DNA of 62,866 nucleotides, filler included, from Octopus bimaculoides (taxonomy: Eukaryota), in NCBI RefSeq assembly GCF_001194135.2. It is 7 parts of 7 records of this genome, joined end to end, with 100 filler letters (N's around TTAATTAATTAA, not from the genome) between each part and the next. Parts side by side here need not be neighbours in the genome. Positions count along the whole stretch, not along the records: positions 15,254 to 41,967 come from NC_068987.1; positions 42,068 to 50,750 come from NC_068983.1; positions 50,851 to 53,651 come from NC_068986.1; 4 more parts are not named here. One strand, written 5' to 3'. The notes below the pieces were generated by a model. That model ran no database searches. It saw only the letters and a list, made by a program, of their open reading frames with translations, and had not been told where the DNA came from. The position numbers and the translations under genes were made by a program. Of the stretch, positions 40,616-51,560 are shown piece by piece (position 1 is the first letter of the stretch; each line of letters begins with the position of its first letter).

Positions 40616-41249
40616 GCACACACACACACACAAGCACGCACACACACATACGCAGAGATCATACACGTGGTTTTCATAGACGTATACGTTTAGAAACGGC
40701 GTAACTTGCAGTTCTCGCTCTGATTTCTGTTGGTAGACTTCAAGCGGGAATATCGCAATGCTAAAACAAGTGTGACACACAATATTGACTTGTAAACTTT
40801 AATTTACTTGGTAGCATATCTCGGTAGCAAAATGATTTAAACTGTCCTTGCCAGCAGTTAATATATATATACATCATGCTTTTTCTAGAAGAGGTGTGAT
40901 AATGAGTTCCAAGTTTCGGCCAACTTCTCATACTATCCGATGAGAGCCGAAAGATATGTATACACACACACACTGGACAGTATGAAAAGGCTGCATATAT
41001 GTGGTGGGAGTATGTGTGTGTGTATGTGTGTATGTATGTATGTATGTGCGTATGTATGTACGTACGTATGTATGTACGTACGTATGTATGTACGTACGTA
41101 TCTATGTACGTACGCATGTATGTATGACTAGTACAATATGTGGACTCGGAGAATCATGTGACTGTACCAGAAATCTCTTACAGACTCTGATGTCATTCCA
41201 CATGTCAATCAATTACAAAGAAGTGTAAACAAAAGTTGAAGAAACTGAC

Positions 41250-41317
<68 letters not shown>

Positions 41318-41927
41318 GTATGTATTTGTGTGTGTGTGTGTGTAATTTCTATACACATTCATGCATACTACAATGCAAACATCGGAACTCTTCATGGAAA
41401 ATATTTTGTTTTACTGTACGTAATTGGATTTATTTTCCGCGTATCATTCAGGTTAAATTACATTATGTATTGATATGTTATCGATCTCAAATTTGAACGA
41501 TTGATATTCTATTGAATCCTTTCCTAAAGACGTACTCGCAGAAATATTTGCGTTATATGAACAGGGTATTTCTTCGGATCGTTAATGCTTGTATACATAC
41601 ATACATACATACATAATTACATACATACACACACACATGCATGATGCATGCATACATACATACATATAGTCTTAAAAAAACAATATTATTGCCAGAGACT
41701 TCGAAGTTTTGCCCAGTTGAGCCATTGTCGGGAAGTCAGAAACTGCCAAGTCCCTGTCAATAATATTCTTGTCTAAGAATAATAAATAAATTAGTACTCT
41801 ACAATATTATAGAACAACCATTACATTAATGAAGAATTGTTTTTATTGTAATTGAACAAACATTAACAAACACACATATATAACTATATATATATATATA
41901 TAATTATATGTGTGTGTATGTATCTGG

Positions 41928-41967
<40 letters not shown>

Positions 41968-43889
41968 NNNNNNNNNNNNNNNNNNNNNNNNNNNNNNNNN
42001 NNNNNNNNNNNTTAATTAATTAANNNNNNNNNNNNNNNNNNNNNNNNNNNNNNNNNNNNNNNNNNNNTAAACTGAGGTAGCTTAAGAATGATATGCGAGA
42101 AGATATTTTCCGAATTATTTAGATATATTTTGACCGATAAAACTTAATCTTTAGAACCTCAGAAAAAACTAACCTGATATGAATAGAGACGATTCTGTAA
42201 ATAGATTCTCTACAATTGCTGATGGAACTGAATTTCAGAAACTGGTACAACTTTGCCTCCAGGTAGTCACTGTACTTAGCAGTTGATGGTTAATTAATAT
42301 TAATGTTAGTACAACTGCTGTTTCATGTTTGAATAGGAATGTATATCAAATGATTGTGTGAGAGATTTTTTTCCCGTTTACTCGTAAAAATAAAGAATGA
42401 GAAAATGCTTCAATATATTGATATAAATCCGACATTCCCAAATTGTTATCATTATATCAATTTTCGTTGTATAGTAGTATTTATTCTCTGGTTTTCAAGA
42501 ATTTTACTCTGGCAACAGGCAAACAGCTTCCACAAGGAATTGCAGTGAATTTTACGCAAGGACTGTGAAAACATTCTAGGTATCTTGTAAGATATAAACA
42601 CTTTCAATATGTAAATATTTTAATAAGGAATGCACAACGTTGATTGAACCATTCTATTTACAATACCACGGAAGAATTTCATTAATGTAATTAAGACTAC
42701 AGAAATGTCTCATATCGTTATAATCGATATTTTGACTCATTGGTCGTGTTACTTCGCAAGTATTATGAATTCTGTTTTGACGGACATGAATGTTAGACGT
42801 CGTAATATCTTCTATGGTGCATATGAAGGAAAACATTCAATGTCCAGTTCTTCGTATAGCAAATGACCAGGGCGAGACGATATGCACTCTTTGTTCATAG
42901 AAAGTAGTTCACAATACAGTTTCGTGTTCCAATTAAAGCTAATCTACATCTACCCTTCATATTACATCTAATCTTACATGAAATTCCATTTCATACAACT
43001 TATATTGAACATAATAACACCAGTGGACTGTCTCTATATTTGTGGCTTTACATAATTATACTGGTTTATCGATGTTGGCACGCACAGAGATTTATCATTT
43101 GATAAGGTAGCACCAAGTAGACTCAGATATCACGTCTAAATGGTGTACTTTATTTCACTATGTGAGATATGATATTGTGTCTAGGATTCGTCTCAGCATA
43201 GAGAATACATTAAACATCACCATCCTTAACATTAAACATCTAGTGACTATATTCGGGTTGAGACAATTATTCATATTTAGTATATCATCAGACACTTACT
43301 GCCGGTAAGATGTTCACTTCCTACATCATGTACACATTTGTGAAGCAAAATGGCTGTATTAATGGCTATTAGCTTGTGAACATACCTACAATACAATACA
43401 ATAGAACTGCATTATGTAGCCGTCATATAAACAAATTGAAAGAAAAAAAAGTTATATTTCAATCGTCAAGAGACACATTTTCATTTCTCACGATAATGAA
43501 ATTTCTATTACTTTACCAAGTATTACCCAATGACATGGCCATTTTCAGAATCACATAGGCGAGTCGGGTGTTGAAATAATTGAATATAAATAATATACAG
43601 CAGACGGTGTCTATCTCCACGGTATTTGCTTAATAAACCAGAAATCATTAAATGCAGAGAGGATAGCAACTTAAACAGCCCACACGACTATGCAAGAACT
43701 GAGAAAATATTCAACAGAAACGCGATAAGTAGTTTCTCTGTGCAGATTTGAGTAATAGTTTGCATGATATGTATGTATGTATGTATATATGTATGTACAG
43801 GTGTGTCTGTATTATCATAATTGTGTCTATATTAATATAATTGTTTGTCTTATTATGTATGTCTGAAATATGTGTATGTATGTACGTAT

Positions 43890-44419
<530 letters not shown>

Positions 44420-44421
<2 letters not shown>

Positions 44422-44510
44422 TTAAGTACCAGTTCCATACTGGAGTCGATCTAATCGACTGCCCACCCCCGTCAAAATTTCTGGCCTTGTACCTAGAGAA
44501 GAAAAGAATA
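44420..44510 (+). mobile_element. Type A SINE 3' half, tail variant 1
   Basis: aattaagtaccagtt...ggagtcgatctaatcgact...aaatttctggccttgtacctagagaagaaaaga. Confidence 0.85.
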
Positions 44511-45170
44511 TCTATTGTAATTATAGTGGATATTTATCTATGACGAATGGAGCGTATTAATTTACGGTAAACAGCAAGCATTTTATAAAACTGACACACA
44601 CCTCAATACTTTACTTATATTATTAGGCCTTCGCCTGTTATTAATGACCATCGTTGAATGCCTTTGTTGCCCACCATTGTGGAACAGCGCTGTTCTGTAT
44701 AAATATCCCGAGGCACGAATAGCAACCTCTGATATAGAAGCCACATATTTAGACTGTTGTAGTGCTTTTTGATTTGTAGTGTTCGTTTCAGTAGACTGTT
44801 CACTTCTATCTCTCCAGTAGGAGGCGTTCGATAGGAATCAAACCTCGGCGGCATAACACAGCGAACATTATATTGTATAAACTCTCATATCACCTTGTAT
44901 AAATCAATACATTAACATATATGATTGTGACTTGGTAAGAAAAACAAGTGGATATCATACTAGCGGATTATAAAGAATACTTTATGTTTAATTTATAATC
45001 TATCACAGCAAACATTTGCTAGATTCCCAGACCAAAATTAAGATTAGAGGTAGATTATACAAAGACAAAGGATGCTAATGTATAGACAACTAATCTCCAA
45101 AATGCTAATGTTTATCATAAAAACTCTTTCATAATCCACAATACAAATTACATCCAGAATATCGTATATA

Positions 45171-45312
45171 TGGCTGTGTGGTAGGAAGTTTGTGTCCCTA
45201 GCATGTGGATCAGGGTTAAGTCCCACTGCATGGCAGTTTGAGCAAGTGTCATCTGCAAAGGACCCGAAACAACCAAAACTTTTGGTAGATAGAAACTGAA
45301 TAAACTCCGTCA
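45171..45312 (+). mobile_element. Type B SINE 5' half
   Basis: tggctgtgtggtaggaag...gggttaagtcccactgc...tttggtagatagaaactgaa, then (GT)n. Confidence 0.8.
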
Positions 45313-45313
45313 A

Positions 45314-45352
<39 letters not shown>

Positions 45353-45387
45353 TATGTGTGTATGTGTAGATGAATGTTTGTATGACC

Positions 45388-45479
45388 TTTACTCGTCTCA
45401 GCCATTAAACTGCGGCCATGCTACGGCACCGCCTTGAAGAAATTTTAGTGGGAAGCAAACTTCTTACCATACAGTCATG

Positions 45480-45482
<3 letters not shown>
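45388..45482 (-). mobile_element. Type B SINE with nearly all interior deleted
   Basis: The family 3' end is fused directly to its 5' head at aattttagt|gggaagcaaacttcttacc. Confidence 0.75.
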
Positions 45483-45514
<32 letters not shown>

Positions 45515-45999
45515 ATAGTATATAAAATTTTATACACTTGAATGAATAAAAATCTGAGTTAACTCTATAACCATTGGTTTTACTATTACTAATCAACTAA
45601 ATCAATTAATTATTGAATTAAGTGATTAATTAACCATCTCTGGTTCAATGGTAGAGTCGGTGGAAGATGCTTAAGTATGAAACTACAATACGTACCCGTA
45701 CATATTTATTTATTCAAGTGTCCTGCTAGCTTACAAGCAACGCGTAATAAGTAAGAATGTTTTTTCGTGGTTTGGGTTTCGACTGCCCTTTCTAGCATGT
45801 AAGGATTCCACATGGTGGTCTCCTCTTCGTGTATAAATTCTTATACACTATTATATTGTAAGAGTATTTATGTCCTCTGACTTTTAAATTACACATGCTA
45901 ACCACTGGTATTAATTATTTATTTAATAATTTTGACATTAGCCGTTCATATGTTTACGTTACCAAAACTCTGCACCCAAGCAGTTCTTTAAAAACAGCG

Positions 46000-46078
46000 G
46001 TAGAATAAGAACCAGACTTCAAGAAATAAAAACTGAGGTCGATTCGTTCGACTATTTCCCTTCAAGGCGGTTTCCAGG
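46000..46078 (+). mobile_element. Type B SINE 3' fragment
   Basis: tagaataag...gaggtcgattcgttcgact...ttcaaggcggt.tccag. Confidence 0.65.
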
Positions 46079-46079
46079 C

Positions 46080-46225
46080 CTTGTTTCTTTCTGTGTTCCT
46101 TTCTGTTGAAGAGCGTAGGCTCGAAACGTTAAAGACTCTCTATTCCCGAGCGTTATACTAATACATCCAGTTGTTGTTTACAACACCTGTTTTCGTCTGT
46201 TGTTTTTTCATGAATTCTACCTACA
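46080..46225 (+). mobile_element. Short PLE-terminus-like element with minimal hammerhead (core A6 mutated)
   Basis: cttt-CTGTTGA-A-GAGC-GTAG-GCTC-GAAA-CGTT-aaag at 46099-46134; ends in (TA)n. Confidence 0.7.
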
Positions 46226-46819
46226 TATATATATATAAAGGTATTGTACATTTAAACACAAAAGAGATTACCATAACAGGTTGCCTTACATGCTAGAAAG
46301 AATAGCCAAAGTCCATACCACGGTTAGGAGCAATTTCAAAGAGAATGAAAAATAAAAAAAATTACAATATTTCCCCCCACCCCGGACCTAAGTTTCGAAC
46401 TTTAATTAACTAATTAANNNNNNNNNNNNNNNNNNNNNNNNNNNNNNNNNNNNNNNNNNNNNNNNNNNNNNNNNNNNNNNNNNNNNNNNNNNNNNNNNNN
46501 NNNNNNNNNNNNNNNNNNNNNNNNNNNNNNNNNNNNNNNNNNNNNNNNNNNNNNNNNNNNNNNNNNNNNNNNNNNNNNNNNNNNNNNNNNNNNNNNNNNN
46601 NNNNNNNNNNNNNNNNNNNNNNNNNNNNNNNNNNNNNNNNNNNNNNNNNNNNNNNNNNNNNNNNNNNNNNNNNNNNNNNNNNNNNNNNNNNNNNNNNNNN
46701 NNNNNNNNNNNNNNNNNNNNNNNNNNNNNNNNNNNNNNNNNNNNNNNNNNNNNNNNNNNNNNNNNNNNNNNNNNNNNNNNNNNNNNNNNNNNNNNNNNNA
46801 TATATATATATATATATAT

Positions 46820-46968
46820 ATAGTTGAAATTTACTGAGAAACAGAAGACGAAGGTACTTGTAAAAACAACAAGCAGGTGTATTAGTTTGACGCTCGGGAA
46901 GGTGCGAAAGTATTTTACGTTTCGAGCCTACACTCTTCATCAGAAAGCGACACGATGAAATAAACAGA
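46820..46968 (-). mobile_element. Short PLE-terminus-like element carrying a minimal hammerhead
   Basis: Homologous to 46080-46225 (cccgagcgt..actaataca.c.g.ttgttgttt); ends in (TA)n. Confidence 0.75.
46910..46950 (-). ncRNA. Minimal type I hammerhead ribozyme motif, intact catalytic core
   Basis: UUU-CUGAUGA-A-GAGU-GUAG-GCUC-GAAA-CGUA-AAA; predicted GUA cleavage after 46916. Confidence 0.65.
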
Positions 46969-46970
46969 GT

Positions 46971-47592
46971 ACTTTACTTGTTTCAGTCATTTGACTGCGG
47001 CCATGACGGAGCACAGCCTTTAGTCGAACAAATTGACCCCAGGACTTATTCTCTGTAAGCCTAGTACATATTTTACCGGAATCTTTTGAAGAAGTGCTAA
47101 GTTACTGGTACATAAACACACCAACATCGGTTGTCAAGTGGATATGAAGGGACAAATACAGCCACATAAATACATACATACATAATATATATGACGGGCT
47201 TCTTTCAGTTTCTTTATTTCTTTATTGCTCTCAAGGGGCTAAACATAGAGGGGACAAACAAGGACAGACAAAGGGATTAAGTCGATTACATCGACCGCAG
47301 TGCATAACTAGTACTTAATTTATCAACCCCGAAAGGATGAAATGCAAAGTCGACCTCGGTGGAATTTGAACTCAGAACATAATGGCAGATGAAATACCGC
47401 TAAGCATTTCGCCCGGCGTGCTAACGTTTCTACCAGCTCACCGCCAACTACTTACAATTCCTGTCTATCAAATCCAGTCAGATGGGTTTGGTCGGCCCGC
47501 GACTATAGTAGCAGGTATTTGCACAAGGTGCTAGGCAGTGGCACTGATCCCGGAACCATGTGGTTGGGAAGCAAGCTCCTTACCACACAGCT
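46971..47592 (-). mobile_element. Type B SINE interrupted by a nested type A SINE
   Basis: Host reads cagtttc (47212), then the insert, then ttcctgtctatcaaatcc (47458) and continues to the tRNA head. Confidence 0.9.
47213..47445 (-). mobile_element. Type A SINE, tail variant 2, nested
   Basis: Full head and core; tail ccctttgtctgtccttgtttgtcccctctatgtttagccccttgagagcaataaagaaataaa. Confidence 0.92.
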
Positions 47593-47617
47593 ACTATATA
47601 TATAAGGAGAAAGGAAG

Positions 47618-47692
<75 letters not shown>

Positions 47693-49593
47693 AAACTTGA
47701 AGATATCAGAAGTCGACTGTCGTGCCATATGAGTTGTATCCAATTTATGTTTTCGGATTCAGAAAAAAACATCAACGAACACATACTCTTGCATAGGTTT
47801 CCAGCATCATAATATTGGCTGTTCCCTTTCGCGAGAAAGGAGTTAACGAGGAGACTAGGTTCCTTGGATGGCTAGACAAATACCTTTCATCGAATACACT
47901 ACAAACAGTGCGAAGTATAAGAGCCAAGCCTATCAACGACAAAAAATTAATAAAAAGAGAGGTTCCGTCAATCTAACTTTTCTGACGCCAAGATAGGTTA
48001 TCTAGATAAAATTACATGCGATGAAGTAGGACAACCGTCCCTAATGAACAGATTTTCAAGAAAAACAGCGGCAACAAAGATGTACAAACACAACAATTTA
48101 GGAAATAACTTATATATATAGACAGATCCGTGTATTCACACACATCAACACAGACATATGCACAAAGAGACACTCAGAGATGCATATATATTGGTATTAT
48201 ACGCTTTTGTAGCATCTAGTGTATGATGGGAGGGGGGTGCGTATATATATATACATGTATGATGCAGTGCGTGAGTGTCCATACGCGTGTTCACTCATAT
48301 AAGGATATATAGATATTTATTTATATATATTTTATATATGCACACACAAAACACACACACATATACATGCGTACACACACATATGTCGGTGTGTGTGTGT
48401 GTGGAGACAGTAATGGAGAAAGAAATAATGAGTGAGAGAGAGAGCTACTTGTATTTATTACGTCTTCTGTGATTGTACAAGCGCGTGCGTCTATTTGTAT
48501 AGTTGCGTATATGTTCACACACACACACACACGCACACGCACACACACACACACACACACACAAGTACACACGTGTCTGTCTGTCTATATGTATATCAGC
48601 AGCAGCATGTTCGCTGAAGCGAAGAATAGCGGAAGAATTGCAAAAAGGAAAGTAAAATCATATGCGTTGGGCAATGTTATTTCAAAAAGAGTTATATACG
48701 ATTAAACGTGTACAATAAAACTGGAAGTATGTAAAGACTGACAGAGAAATATAAAGAAATATAGAAAGTTAGAAATAACGATAAATTATGATAAAAATAA
48801 ATAACAGGATAATAAGTTATGAAGTGAAGAAAAAGTTATTTAGAGAGAAAAGTATGAGGCGAAAAACATGCATAAAGAATTTGGATAACAAATAAATATG
48901 TATTGAAAATTACAAAAGATGCGTTTCGTATATATAGTAGAAATAAAGAAAAAATATTAATAGAAGTATAGAGAGATTGAAACGAAGCTGAAAAGAAAAG
49001 AATAGAAATAGTGAGAGAATGACAAGGAAGCGAGAATTTTAGCTGTAAAGAGACATATATAGACAAAAAGAGAAAGCGAATGATATCAAAGGGTGAACAG
49101 GAATGTATTCAAAAGGTGCATGTAGCCTAAAAGAATGATGGAGAAAAAGAATCAAAAACAAAAACAGAAAGATAGAGATAGATAGATATATATATAGAGA
49201 GAGAGAAAGTGGGAGAGAAAGAGTGTGGAAATCGAGAAAGAGTGGATAGAGTGAAAGGAAAAGAATTATACATAGAGAGAGGGAGGACTAGGGTGGGAAG
49301 ATGATCGACTATAAACAAACATATTTATGTATAAAAACGGTAAAATAAAATTGTATTAATAGAATGACTCCAAAAGATGTGTTAGAGTGAAAATGGAGGA
49401 AAGATATTGAAAAAAAATGAAAGAAGAAATTTATATTTGGAAAAAAAAAAGTATTGTTTGCTTTTTTTTCAAGAACTTAAACGGTACTGTAAAACAGTAA
49501 CAGAAATTGATGAAAAGAAAAAAAGAATTCATTGTTTTCATTATTCAACAATACATTTATTAATACGTTTTTTAAATTTATTTTTGTTGTAGT

Positions 49594-49607
<14 letters not shown>

Positions 49608-49632
<25 letters not shown>

Positions 49633-49655
49633 TATTATTATTATTATTATTATTA
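49608..49655. repeat. 48-bp perfect spacer-less AT palindrome, (AAT)n/(ATT)n
   Basis: Arms of 24 bp centred between 49631 and 49632. Confidence 0.95.
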
Positions 49656-49767
49656 GGATTCAGTATATACGTCAATACATATAGTAAACACGTGTATAGG
49701 TATACATGCAGTGGAGAGAAACAAAAACACGTAGACAGACGCGTTCACACAAGCTCATATATATATA

Positions 49768-49830
<63 letters not shown>

Positions 49831-50439
49831 CATACATACATGTATAAACATGCTCATATATAAAAATATAAAAATATGCATACATACTTGCATACACAGA
49901 ACTATGTGCCGTTTGAGCGTATTTTACTGTTATGTGTGCGTGCGTATATCTATGCGGCTGTCTCGGTCTTTCTAGTTTTATGTTTATGTATGTGTGTATG
50001 CGTGTGTGTGTGTGGTGTGTGTGTTTGTGTATGCTTGTATAAATGTATAAACGATGGTTTGTTATTTTATTAATAGTTTCATTCGAATCTTTCGGTAATG
50101 CAACTGAAACGCGTTTCATCAAATATTGCATAAATACATTAAGCGCCAGGTTATAAGTGGGAGAAATATCGCAAAAAGACATAAAAAAAACCAATGAGAA
50201 AGTAAGAGTGAGAGTGTGAGAGAGAGAGAGGGGAAAGAGTTGGAGAGCATCGAAGTATGCATTAGATGGGATAAACGTTTAAATATTTCAAAAGAGACGT
50301 TTCTATAAGAAGGTAAATTGAAATCGATCTGCGAGATTCAAAATCGGATCGCAAGTCTGTAACTAAATAGTGTAAGGCGATCTCATCCAGCGATCTAATG
50401 ATTCTGCCGACCGAGACTGTTACCCGTAGGAAGGAATTT

Positions 50440-50590
50440 CAACCATGTTTCGTGGTCTGCTACCACAACAGCTCCTTTATAGGATCCAGTTAGCTCAAGA
50501 CATCATCAGGAGGAACCACGTTTAGTTTCGGCCCCTACTCCTCTATCGTTTTGACGTCGCGGGGCCACCCCCTTTCGGAGGTGTCTTCAG
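50440..50590 (-). ncRNA. Tandem hammerhead-like motifs with inserts between CUGANGA and the GAAAC-proximal stem
   Basis: CTGAAGA (50590-50584), hairpin CACCTCC-GAAA-GGGGGTG, GCCCC..GGGGC, CGAAAC. Then CTGATGA (50509-50503) ... GTGGT-AGCAG-ACCAC-GAAAC. Confidence 0.4.
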
Positions 50591-51015
50591 CTCTGGTGTT
50601 GGGTGCATGTCTTCTTTCACTGTTTGTGACTGTTCTAATTCAACTGTGGAATGTCCCTCGCTATGGTTATTTTCCAGGAGGTTCTGGCCACACGTCTTAC
50701 GGTTCATCAACCTGCGTTGTTTAATTACTTTCTTCCGACATACCTTCCCTNNNNNNNNNNNNNNNNNNNNNNNNNNNNNNNNNNNNNNNNNNNNTTAATT
50801 AATTAANNNNNNNNNNNNNNNNNNNNNNNNNNNNNNNNNNNNNNNNNNNNAGCCACTGTCAGACAACGGCGCCAACATTATAACCCTACCATCTCTCCCT
50901 CTATACAATTACTGCTATAAAAGAAGGAACATACAGATACAGGCCTACATTCTCAACCTTGCATGTTTTATATACTATTACACTGGCCTACCCGTCGAGG
51001 TATGGCAACCTAGAA

Positions 51016-51083
51016 TGTAACGGCATAAATAAATATTTTCTTATAAAAAATGATCTTCATCGTGCAATCCTATAACCGTTACA
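51016..51083 (+). mobile_element. Candidate 68-bp mini-LTR
   Basis: TGTAACGG...CCGTTACA perfect 8-bp terminal inverted repeat, followed 2 nt later by a primer-binding site. Confidence 0.6.
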
Positions 51084-51085
51084 AG

Positions 51086-51100
51086 TGGTGACCCCGACGT
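51086..51100 (+). promoter_or_regulatory. tRNA-Trp primer-binding site (first copy)
   Basis: TGGTGACCCCGACGT is a 15-nt perfect complement of the eukaryotic tRNA-Trp 3' end (same as the ALV/RSV PBS). A second degenerate copy starts at 51172. Confidence 0.8.
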
Positions 51101-51380
51101 TGATTCGTTCATACAGCTCTTCTGATCTGTACAGCCAACGCGAGCCTGTTCACACAGTCGTCCCTTACAATTGGTGACCCCCAACGTTGATTCGTTCATA
51201 CAGCTTTTCTGATCTGTACAGCCCAACTTGAAAAGTTCACATCACTTTCCAAAAATGGTGACTAAATGCCAGTAATAGACCAACCGTTCTATAAGTCTTT
51301 TTCACTACAATTTTTTTTTTCCTTATTTCGTCTGTTTGTCTTCGACAAACCGACTGGTGCGAGGCTAGTGTAGTGAAACT

Positions 51381-51560
51381 ACCTACCGCCATTAGATACA
51401 AAACTGCTATCGCCATTCTTCTCATTTAAATATAAATAAATGCGAGCGTAGTACAGAACCCATACCTTGTCATCACGTGACTGATCATTATTCGAATCGG
51501 CAACTTCTTCGAACCGTTCCCGCCAGAACGCAAACTGACCAATCACGGCCCCTAATAAGG
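51381..51560 (-). promoter_or_regulatory. Candidate promoter and first exon of a minus-strand gene
   Basis: TCACGTGA 51473-51480, TTCCCGCC 51517-51524, CCAATCA 51539-51545. Three in-frame ATGs (51425, 51416, 51392); ATGGCG|GTAGGT donor at 51386. Confidence 0.35.

Noticed and set aside
40914-40952. Bulged hairpin containing CCGATGAGAGCCGAAA
   Set aside because: Core U4 is altered and there is no room for stem II; modest hairpin only.
47770-47965. INEHILLHRF / LGWLDKYLS...REVP resembling a LINE RT segment
   Set aside because: Pieces are in different frames with wrong spacing, and the QGS/YADD motifs are absent; at best a very old relic.
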